Position numbers and translations under genes: made by a program
Shown here: one piece after another, positions 1-9,188 of the stretch
Layout: each line of letters starts with the position of its first letter
Numbering within the stretch: position 1 is the first letter of the stretch
The notes under the pieces: model-generated
Told to the model about the DNA's origin: nothing
Seen by the model: only the letters and a program-made list of their open reading frames with translations
Database searches by the model: none
Source of the DNA: Dendrobates tinctorius
Taxonomy: Eukaryota
Assembly: GCF_039654945.1 (NCBI RefSeq)
Contig: NW_027361796.1
Coordinates: 15,748,001-15,812,000 of the forward strand
Length of the DNA stretch: 64,000 nucleotides
Reading direction: 5' to 3'

Positions 1-606
1 AAGGTACATTCAACCATTCTTCTTGCTCTTGTGAGGCGGTAATTAAAAATGCGTTTTGGTCTTGTCAATCCTCTGCTAGAGTACGGTTTCAAAAGGTGTT
101 CTGACAGCTGGAAGGCTTCATCCCCTACACAGACAAATGGCATAGGTGGACCAGATGTTTGCGGCAGCGGTCTAGGTGGTGGGAACTGGAAGGTGTTTCC
201 ATACAGTTTACGCCCCATGGCAGACAGTTTGAAAACTTGAGAGTCATTGGAGCGGCCATAGGCCCCAATATCAACCGCAATAAATTTGTATTCTGCGTCA
301 GCGATGGCCATGAGGACAATTGAAAAATATTTCTTGTAATTGAAATATTCCGATCCCGATCCAGCTGGCTTTACAATGCGGATATGTTTCCCGTCCACAG
401 CGCCCAAGCAGTTGGGAAACTGACATATCTGTTGAAACTTGTCAGCAATTTCAATCCACCTCTCTGTTGTGGGCTCTGGTAAAAACTCTTCAGCTAAGGA
501 GTCCCACAGTGCACGGCATGTGTACTTCACAATTCCAGATATGGTGGAAATCCCGAGTCTGTACTGGAAATGCAGTGACGAAAGGGATTCTCCAGTTGCA
601 AGAAAT
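1..606 (-). CDS. Harbinger transposase exon 2 (DDE catalytic core), open to window edge
   Basis: Acceptor ccccacag| at 607/606 continues the frame: (R)FLATGES...FPNCLGAVDGKHIRI...YFNYKKYFSIVLMAIADA...VDIGAYGRSNDSQVF...VGDEAFQL...LLKPY...FNYRLTRARRMVECT. Translated by hand with no stop; D, D and E catalytic residues present. Confidence 0.93.
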
Positions 607-756
607 CTGTGGGGAATTAAAAAACAATAAATTAGTTTTAAATCACAGCATTACATACCAAAACTGAGCTATAACACTTGGAGATACAAACTACCACCAA
701 CAAGATTGCAGTGAAAGTGTGCTCTGATGCGATCACATCCAATAAATGTGGCTTAC

Positions 757-1106
757 CTTAAAGTCACCATCAGACGCTCTGCGGGTGAAACAGAGAAGCG
801 GCAATAGGTGTCCGCTTTTCTTATGAGGTGTGCAATGCGCTCCACCAAGTAATCAAAATTCTCCATTTTCATCCGCACATATCCAAAAAATTTATCCGGG
901 TTTCGTCGAAGGTCCATGCAGAGTGTAGAATAGACCCCACGCGTCATTCTCTTGGCTGTGATGGGGTGGATCCACAAACGTCGTCTACGATGCCTGATGC
1001 GCTGCTGTCTCGCTCTCTCCTTCTCCAGAACAATCACCCTCAAACGATTCGCCTCCGCTATAAAATCCGCCAAATTCTTCAAAATATTTCCAATGACAAC
1101 ATCCAT
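757..1106 (-). CDS. Harbinger transposase exon 1 (MDVVIGNILKN...RLWIHP...FFGYVRM...SPAERLMVTLR)
   Basis: ATG at 1106. Motifs W-x-HP, F-x-x-Y-x-RM and 'SPAERL-x-VTLR' are typical of the HARBI1/PIF N-terminus. Donor AG|GTAAGC at 757/756. Confidence 0.88.
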
Positions 1107-3029
1107 TTTCGCCAGTAACTTGCTCTTCTCTCCAACCTGCACTTTCTCCTCGACAACCTGTCAAAGAAGGGCTGTAGGAACACGCTATATATAGTTTTCC
1201 AGTAGCCAATCCCGTTCGGAAGGCCACAAGGGTCAATTTTAAAAACCGGATCCGGCGTAATCCGTCGAAAAACGGATGAACCGGATGAGACGGATCCGGT
1301 TTTGTCTGTCAAGAAAAAGACGGATCCGTCAGAAAACCGGATCCGTCAGATCCGGTTTTACTAAACATTTGCCGGATCTGGCGTTCCGGCACGACGCCGG
1401 ATCGCGCCTGACGCCGAAAACCTGATGTGTGAAAGTAGCCTAAGGGGGACATTGTGTGGATGTGAATGCTGACAGTGACATTTAACTGCCCGGTTGTTAG
1501 CGTATATTTGAACATATTTAGTATTGCTGCATCCAGAAAAGTAAAAGAATAAAATTTGCTAAGCAGCTGCGTTTTTTTGGTCTCCACAATAACAATAAAA
1601 ATGCAATAAGAAGCGATCAAATCAAAGTATGTTCTCCAAAATTATATAAACAAAAACATCAGCTCAACATGGAAAAAAACAGCCCCCATACAACTCCATT
1701 GATGATAATACACAAAAGTTACAGGTCTCAGAAAATGGCGACACAAATCAATTTTCTTTAAAGCAAATAAAATAGTAAAAAAAAAATTTGTTTGGTGCCT
1801 GTAATCGTACTGACCTGAAGAATCATGTTTCCAGGTCATTTTTACTGCACAATTAATTCCGTAATAATAAAACCACCAATTCATCACACTTGGAATTTTT
1901 TTTGTTATTTTCATTTATGCTATATGGTAAAATGAATGGGATCGTTCAAAACTACAACACATCCCGCAAAAAAAAACAAGCCCTCATATACTGTATTTCA
2001 GTCACTGCAAAAAAAAAGTTATGGCTATTTAAAAAGGAAAGGAAACAATGAAAACAAAATTTGGCTGCGAAGAGGAGTTAATCATCAGCCTTCTGCAAGT
2101 TCTGACTCTGCTTCGTCCGGTGCTTCCTGCTTCACTTGTTTCTGTGCCACCGTGTAAACCTTGCTTTCCGGGCCCTCGGCGATTCACATGAGATCCGTCA
2201 AGCCCGCTCTGCACCAGCACCTCCAGTCCAAGCTGCTCACCTTAACCTGCGGCATAGAGAATCTACTTCGCCCCCTTATCAATTAATAATGTAGAATGTC
2301 CTTATTCAAGTACCGTAATATTGTCCTGAGTGTCCCCTTATGAAGTAATCATGCCCCGTGAGTTCACACTACCATCTAATGCTTCGAGTTGCCTTTTCCT
2401 TTCAGCATACTAGCATAGGTGGAACAATGCGGTTACGTCCTAATATCGCCTGCATTGGGATGCTAACGGCCTGTGACCCTGCCGTCCTATAGGCTACAGG
2501 CCTGGAGCAAGAAATAGGTGACAGGGCAGGGAGCCCACATCTGGCCTAACATGTGGCTCGTACCTCTTTGCTCCATTCTCAACTCTATCAGCTTCCACGG
2601 AACCCAATTAAAGCCTATAACAGAGAAGTGAGCCATGGGCTCCCTGCTCTACCACTCTCACATCTGTTGGTAGGCAGCGCAATGAGGAGTAAGAAGAAGA
2701 GGACAGGGTTGGGGGGGCGCGAGTCGACAGGGACATGGGGTAGGTATAATTTTTCTGAAGAAGTGATACTTGTAGACAGACACTCTGGAGGTATAATTAC
2801 TTTTTGGGGGTTTTGGAGGGGAACTTAGAAGGCATTAATAATTGTTAATGGAGGACGTAAGGAGCAATATTAGTTTTGTGAGGCACTGAAGGGTCAATAT
2901 TACTTTATAAAGGCTATTACTACTTAATGGCGGTGTACTCAGGTCATTATTACTTTATAAGTGTCATTAGTTTATTAGCTATTAGATATTAGTTTATAAT
3001 TAGTTACCGGGGTCATTATTACTGTATAA

Positions 3030-3527
3030 GGCTGGTTTCACATTAGCACTTTTTAAGCGCACGCACGGCCGGGGGTAGCTCCGCCCCCGAGCCGGCTCTC
3101 TGCCCGGCGTGCCCGCCCCTTGCTTGTAGCGCCGCCCCCTAGCGCACAGCGGCGCCTGCGATCGGCGCACCCTATCTTTAGCATAGGGTGCGCAGATCGT
3201 GCGCAGGCCGTGCGCTAGTTGCGCTTTGACCTGCGCTGCGCACTTTTGACGGTGCGCCGAGCACGCCGAAATCCGAAAAGTTTGATTTTGGCACGCACGG
3301 CGCACCGTCAAAAGTGCGCAGCGCAGGTCAAAGCGCAACTAGCGCACGGCCTGCGCACGATCTGCGCACCCTATGCTAAAGATAGGGTGCGCCGATCGCA
3401 GGCGCCGCTGTGCGCTAGGAGGCGGCGCTACAAGCAAGGGGCGGGCACGCCGGGCAGAGAGCCGGCTCGGGGGCGGAGCTACCCCCGGCCGTGCGTGCGC
3501 TTAAAAAGCGCTAATGTGAAACCAGCC
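3030..3527. mobile_element. Harbinger-type MITE, near-perfect 498-bp palindrome
   Basis: GGCTGGTTTCACATTAGC...GCTAATGTGAAACCAGCC flanked by TAA (3027-3029 and 3528-3530). The arms are reverse complements almost to the centre (about 3270-3285). Confidence 0.9.
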
Positions 3528-3530
3528 TAA

Positions 3531-3720
3531 GGGGGCATGTGGGCATTATTTCATAAGGGAGCATATGGGGCATTATTTCATAAGGGGGCATGCAGGGCAT
3601 TATTTCAAAAGGGGGTACGTGGGGCATTATTGTTTCATAAGGGGGCACGTGGGGCATTACTACTTTACAAGGAGCACTTGTGGCATATGGAATTTACAAG
3701 TAGTCGCTTGGGCCATTGTT
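3531..3720. repeat. Decayed ~23-26-bp minisatellite (GGGGCATTATTTCATAAGGGGGCAYGT-like)
   Basis: Visible tandem copies. Related GGGTCATTATTACT-type units lie left of the MITE (about 2860-3026) and right of the LTR element (8700-8740), so both elements inserted into this array. Confidence 0.65.
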
Positions 3721-3722
3721 AC

Positions 3723-5008
3723 TGTGGCGCCCCTGAGGCTTCAGTCGACACAGAGGTACTGCACCTTCTCCTAAGGTGTAGTGCCCCACCATCTAGGTAA
3801 GGTGGGAACTCCTGACCACGCTCCACACCTGCATTCCACGCACAGGATATTTCAGTGGGGCCACCTAACAGCTTCAGGCTGGGGGTTAGCAGAGCACCCC
3901 TCGTGGAACCCTGCTTCGTAACACGAGATGTGCTGGGAGGCGGGTGGAGTGAGATGATACAAAAGAGTGGGAAGAGTGAGAATTAGTTGGGTAGTTGGTT
4001 AGAGGAGAGAGAAGAGTGAAGATGGGTGTCTGAAGGACGCGCTGCAGCAGGTCCCAGTGATCTGGGCTGCTGGCACGAGAAAGACCAGAGAAAGAGACTG
4101 ATAAGATTGATAACCTAACCTTCCATAAGAGAGATAGAACAGATCGGAACGAAGGAGAATAGAAGGACGGTGGGAAGCTGGTTGAAGAAAGATAGAGAAC
4201 CCTTCCAGTCCAGAGAGCTCAAAGGCCGGGGCCCGGCCCCCGAGGTAGATTGGATCTTTATGTCCGGCAACAGACACCGGAGGAGTAGTGAGCCACTAAC
4301 GCCTTGCTCCCATCATAGACTTGGGACACAACAGCAACTGAATAGAGAGCTGGGACGCAGAGTGGAGTCCCCGAAGCAGGCTACAGCTGTCTGTCATACA
4401 AGTAAAGACTAGAACACCTAGAGAGAGGCATTCCAGGGTAACTAAGTACTGGAGTGCTTCGCACCTAAAGGTGCATTGGAGGAGTTGTTCAGTAAGGTAC
4501 ATGTTGGCGGAGTGTGGAAGGGAGAATCCTACCCTGCCTGGAGGTTGGCTGGAGCCCTGACCTGGAGAACACGGTACGGAGGCAGGCAGTTGTGTGAACT
4601 GCAAACAGTGAGTAAAGCTTTGGAACTGCATACTCTGGCGTCCTCCAGTTATTCCCGCACCACTACACCTGGGTGCCAGCATTCATACCATTCTGCACCT
4701 CTCCTCATCCATTGCACCTACACTGCCCTGGGACTACAGCTCCACCTGTGGGGAGCTACACCATCTTTGCTGCACCACACCATCAGTCCCAGCGGATCTG
4801 CACGCAGCGTTGGCTCAACATCTTACTTGCCAAACACCACGGGTGGCGTCACGAACTATTCATATAAACTTTAACACCATTAACATCACCACCATTGATA
4901 TTGGGCGCCCAGGGCCACGGACCGGGTCACAGCTGCCGTAAAGCTTTCCCTCCCTGACACCGGCCCAGTACCGAGTACCCCGCTGCCCTGGGTGTGAGGG
5001 GCGACCCA
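3723..5008 (+). repeat. 5' LTR (1286 bp)
   Basis: TG...CA termini with imperfect inverted repeat; near-identical to 7428-8699 apart from scattered substitutions and small indels. Confidence 0.93.
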
Positions 5009-5012
5009 ATTT

Positions 5013-5030
5013 TGGCGTCACGAACAGGAT
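5013..5030 (+). promoter_or_regulatory. Primer-binding site, complementary to the 3' end of tRNA-Ser(CGA)
   Basis: TGGCGTCACGAACAGGAT starts 4 nt after the 5' LTR. Its reverse complement ATCCTGTTCGTGACG-CCA matches my recollection of a vertebrate tRNA-Ser(CGA) 3' end. Confidence 0.8.
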
Positions 5031-5837
5031 GACGAGACCCGATGCCATCGGGTTCTGTGTGCCTTGGATTTACAACTTTTGAAAATGTGCAAAAGACCAA
5101 ATTTAATAGACTGTAAAATGGACATTAAAAATGGCCGCTGGCACGGAGAAGGGCGTGAAGAGGTGGGAGGTCCTAAGAAAAGACTGCGAAGAGTATTGGG
5201 CCGTCCCTGCCTGAATTACTATGTGACCGATGCATGGCCCACCCCCCGAGGGGTTCGTATACTGGCTTGGTATGGAGGCGCGGGAAGAAGACACTGCCCT
5301 CTGGAAGGAGGGGCAGAGGAAGCCAGTGGCGAGCAGAAGGGCGGAGCAAGAAGAAGAATGCCAGAACACCATTTTGGAGAGTAAGGGAAGGAGGCCTGCG
5401 GAGCGCGGGGAAGTGCAAACCCCCGGCGCCATGGCTGACGGCTCCAACCCGAACTCCGGAATGAACCGCCAGCAATTAGATGAAATCGCTGAATTGACAG
5501 CCAGTCTGCAGCTGAGGAAGGAAGCCTTAGAGAGGCTGAGATGGCAGCGCGCCCCGGTGGGGCCTACACCAGCGGTACCACCCTCTCCATCGGTACCCGC
5601 CGCTACCCCATTGGACTGTCACCGGGCAGCACTGACCTACACATCTACTTTGACCGTGCAGTTGAGAGGTTACCGGAGGACCCGGGAGTGGAAGCAGAGC
5701 TCCCGCCTGGACCGGGCGCGGCTGCGCCGGTCCCCACAGAAACTCCTGCGGATTCAGAACCCGCACCTGCTCCTTCATCACCTGCACCGGAGCAGAGGCC
5801 GCATCACCGGGAGACCTCAGGTATGGCCGGCACCCCT

Positions 5838-5948
5838 TAGAATCATAGAATCATAGAATCGTAGAGTTGGAAGGGACCTCCTGGGCCATCTGGTCCAACC
5901 CCCTGCTCAAAGCAGGATTCGCTAAATCATCCCAGTCAGATGTCTGTC
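5838..5948 (-). mobile_element. CR1 LINE 3' fragment inserted in the LTR element's ORF
   Basis: (TAGAATCA)n is the CR1 octamer tail (ATTCTRTG)n on the minus strand, followed by the CR1 3'UTR hairpin. Same family as 62240-62519. Confidence 0.88.
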
Positions 5949-6217
5949 CCTTCACCGGAGAGGACCCGGAGTTGCCCCACCGTTGCAGCGGCCGGCCAGA
6001 TTGTACTAGACCTGGTCTGGGACCGGGAAGCCAGTCCCTGGGGGGAGACACCGGAACCCCCAACGGTGGTACCGCAGGCCCCAGGAGGCACCATTAAACA
6101 GCTGGCAGCTGGGTACCGGGAGAGGGAGCAGAAGAAATTGGCTGTACTGGGCCGGGTCTGAAGAGAAAAGAGAGGACCCGTGCTGGGCATTACAGTTCCC
6201 AGGATGCCGCAGGATGG

Positions 6218-6421
6218 GGGCAGGTCCTGAACGTCAATCAAGAACGGGGGTTCGGATTTATTGCAGACCCCAAGAGGATAAGTGACTTATCCTTTAATCG
6301 GAGGGACGTTGAACCCCACTTGCCCAAAGGACACCCTAAAAGAAACCTGCAGCCTGGAGAGTATGTGACCTTTACCCGGCATGAGGGACTCAGGGGATGG
6401 TACGCCCTGAATGTACGTCGT
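6218..6421 (+). CDS. Cold-shock domain (CSD, OB-fold nucleic-acid-binding) coding segment
   Basis: In the frame of ORF 6320-6640, extended upstream (open from 6098): GQVLNVNQERGFGFIADPKRISDLSFNRRDVEPHLPKGHPKRNLQPGEYVTFTRHEGLRGWYALNVRR. It has the RNP1 motif RGFGFI (6245-6262), L-x-x-GE-x-V-x-F and G-x-x-A-x-NV, as in CspA/Lin28/Y-box CSDs. Confidence 0.8.
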
Positions 6422-7427
6422 ATCCCTGCAGAGTTCATCGAGAGGTACCTGCCATCAAAACCCGTCAATGCTCCATCCACCGGTACCCCACAGACTGCTC
6501 AGGTACCTGTTTCCAAGAACCAGGCTGCTATTGCTTCATCTCCAGTTCGGCAGCCCAAACCAAAGATCCCTGGCTTGACACCGTTGGAAGAGGAGTACCT
6601 GCGGATTGCTAATGACTACTTGGAATCTGGTAGCCGTTAAAATAATTTACAAAATCTCGTTACCCAGGAGGGCTTTGTTTGCACCAGTTGTGCCTTGTTT
6701 GCTATCATGTTTTTCTGGTAGCACTTTCGTTGCCTGCTTTTGATTGGCAGTGTTTTTCTACAAATGGAACTGTGGAGATCATGAATGCTGTATGATCCAA
6801 AACTTTTATTGTAAATAGTTTGCTCCCCTTTGGGTGTTCTCTCTTGGCTTTACATATAAAGACTCTTTGCGAAGATGATGTTTTTGAATGGACACTTTTC
6901 GAAGAATGATGTCTACCTCAATGGACACTGCAAGAAATCCCGGCTAGCAGCAGTGTTCAGCACTTTCCAAGAATTTTGAATGTTTTATGATAAAGTATTT
7001 GATAATGTTGTGTCTTATGAAAAGTAAATGTCTTTTATGGCATGTTTGATACAGAAAATTAGAAGATATTTGAGATAGAATGTGAGAAATGAATAAAGAC
7101 TGAAGAATTGAAAGTGACAGGTGACAGGCCAAGTACAGATGGTCAGTGTCTTGCGTCCAGTAGAGAGAGAAAGAAAAAGAGAATAATTGATAGAAAATGT
7201 AATAAAGAAAATGTGTTGAGTACAGCACTTTGAATTGAGAATTGCACTTAAGTCTTGATACTAAGATAGGAAGTTAGCCTGTTTGTAACGTTTTAAGAAA
7301 TGTGCCTCCTACATTAGGAAGATTAGATAAGTATTGTTAAACAGCATTTAAAATTTTTTGTGTGTTCCTGTATTGTATTTTTGTTGTCTTGCAGCCCGCG
7401 GACGTGCTGTGTTTAACGGGGGGGGTA

Positions 7428-8699
7428 TGTGGCGCCCCTGAGGCTTCAGTCGCCACAGAGGTACTGCACCTTCTCCTAAGGTGTAGTGCCCCACCATCCA
7501 GGTAAGGTGGGAACTCCTGACCACGCTCCACACCTGCATTCCACACACAGGATAGTTCAGTGGGGCCACCTAACAGCTTCAGGCTGGGGGTTAGCAGAGC
7601 ACCCCTCGTGGAACCCTGCTTCGTAACACAAGATGTGCTGGGAGGCGGGTGGAGTGAGATGATACAAAAGAGTGGGAAGAGTGAGAATTAGTTGGTTAGA
7701 GAAGAGTGAAGATGGGTGTCTGAAGGACGCGCTGCAGCAGGTCCCAGTGATCTGGGCTGCTGGCACGAGAAAGACCAGAGAAAGAGACTGATAAGATTGA
7801 TAACCTAACCTTCCATAAGAGAGATAGAACAGATCGGAACGAAGGAGAATAAAAGGACGGGGGGAAGCTGGTTGAAGAAAGATAGAGAACCCTTCCAGTC
7901 CAGAGAGCGCAAAGGCCGGGGCCCGGTCCCCGAGGTTGATTGGATCTTTATGTCCGGCAACAGACACCGGAGGAGTAGTGAGCCACTAACGCCTTGCTCC
8001 CATCATAGACTTGGGACACAACAGCAACTGAATAGAGAGCCGGGACGCAGAGTGGAGTCCCCGAAGCAGGCTACAGCTGTCTGTCATACAAGTAAAGACT
8101 AGGAACACCTAGGGAGAGGCATTCCAGGGTAACTAAGTACTGGAGTGCTTCGCACCTAAAGGCGCATTGGAGGAGTCGTTCAGTAAGGTACATGTTGGCG
8201 GCGTGTGGAAGGGAGAATCCTACCCTGCCTGGAGGTTGGCTGGAGCCCTGACCTGGAGAACACGGTACGGAGGCAGGCAGTTGTGTGAACTGCAAACAGT
8301 GAGTAAAGCTTTGGAACCGCATACTCTGTTGTCCTCCAGTTATTCCAGCACCGCTACACCTGGGTAACATCATCCATACCATTCTGCGCCTCTCCTCATC
8401 CATTGCACCTACACTGCCCTGGGACTACAGCTCCACCTGTGGGGAGCTATACCATCTCTGCTGCACCACACCATCAGTCCCAGCGGATCTGCACGCAGCG
8501 TTGGCTTACCACCTTACTTGCCAAACACCACGGGTGGCGTCACGAACTATTCATATAAACTTTAACACCATTAATATCACAGCCATTGATATTGTGCGCC
8601 CAGTGCCACGGACTGGGTCACAGCTGCCGTGAAGCTTTCCTTCCCTGACACCGGCCCAGTACCGAGTACCCCGCTGCCCTGGGTGTGAGGGGCGACCCA
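7428..8699 (+). repeat. 3' LTR (1272 bp)
   Basis: Copy of 3723-5008, preceded by a polypurine tract and followed by the TSD TTAC. Confidence 0.93.
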
Positions 8700-9188
8700 T
8701 TACTTTAATAGGGGCACTTGCAGCATTAATAACTTTTTCATCATAGCCTTCAAAGGGTCACTCTGGGGGCGTCTACGATTTTGACGATGTCGTTAGCATT
8801 GTCTCTCAGACCTGAATGTAGTTCCTGAGGTAAGAAGGTAGGGGACCCCTGCTCTATGTGATCCTCATAGAGAGGAGTACCCCTACTGGTACCCCAGTGT
8901 GGGAGGCATAACATAACCCGGTGACCCCAGCGAGCTGCTTTGAGCCGTCCATGGCTATTTAGACCACCATTATTCTGGATGGTTGAGGTTTCTGCTTCCA
9001 GTGGTGGGTCCAGGTGGAAGGGCGCTGACATAAGGCAATGCAGGAGCCATAACTCCACTCCTGTCATGTCTTGTGTTTGGTCATACCCCCACCCCATTGT
9101 CATCTTCTAGGATGTGACACCCCGTTCCATACTGTTGTATGCTTTAACCTCTTTTCCCATCTTCCACTGTTTTCATGTGTCACATAAT

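Larger units (their letters stand above)
1..1440 (-). mobile_element. Autonomous-type PIF/Harbinger DNA transposon, 5' portion (continues beyond left edge)
   Basis: Terminus reads GGCTACTTTCACACATCAGG on the minus strand (ends at 1440), followed by TAA at 1441-1443 (Harbinger TWA target). Dense subterminal CGGATCCG palindromes at about 1245-1405. TATATATA at 1186-1193 upstream of the transposase ATG. Confidence 0.9.
5230..6640 (+). pseudogene. Disrupted internal ORF of the LTR element: charged/coiled-coil and Pro-rich N-terminus, C-terminal cold-shock domain
   Basis: Overlapping + ORFs 5230-5856, 5541-5840, 5940-6161 and an open frame 6098-6640 suggest one ancestral ORF broken by frameshifts and a CR1 insertion. 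The joined structure is inferred. Confidence 0.6.
3723..8699 (+). mobile_element. Full-length non-autonomous LTR retroelement (Gypsy/Ty3-like) carrying a cold-shock-domain reading frame
   Basis: Direct repeats 3723-5008 and 7428-8699 (TGTGGCGCCCC...GGGGCGACCCA). 4-bp TSD TTAC (3719-3722, 8700-8703). PBS at 5013-5030 and G-run PPT at about 7415-7427. The 2.4-kb internal region has no visible RT/IN motifs. Confidence 0.93.

Noticed and set aside
3000-3530. Two nearly identical ORFs on opposite strands
   Set aside because: Artefact of the palindromic MITE; the same applies to 24990-25305.
3999-8403. Duplicated short ORFs within the two LTRs
   Set aside because: LTR sequence, no protein motifs, and ORF limits differ between the two copies.
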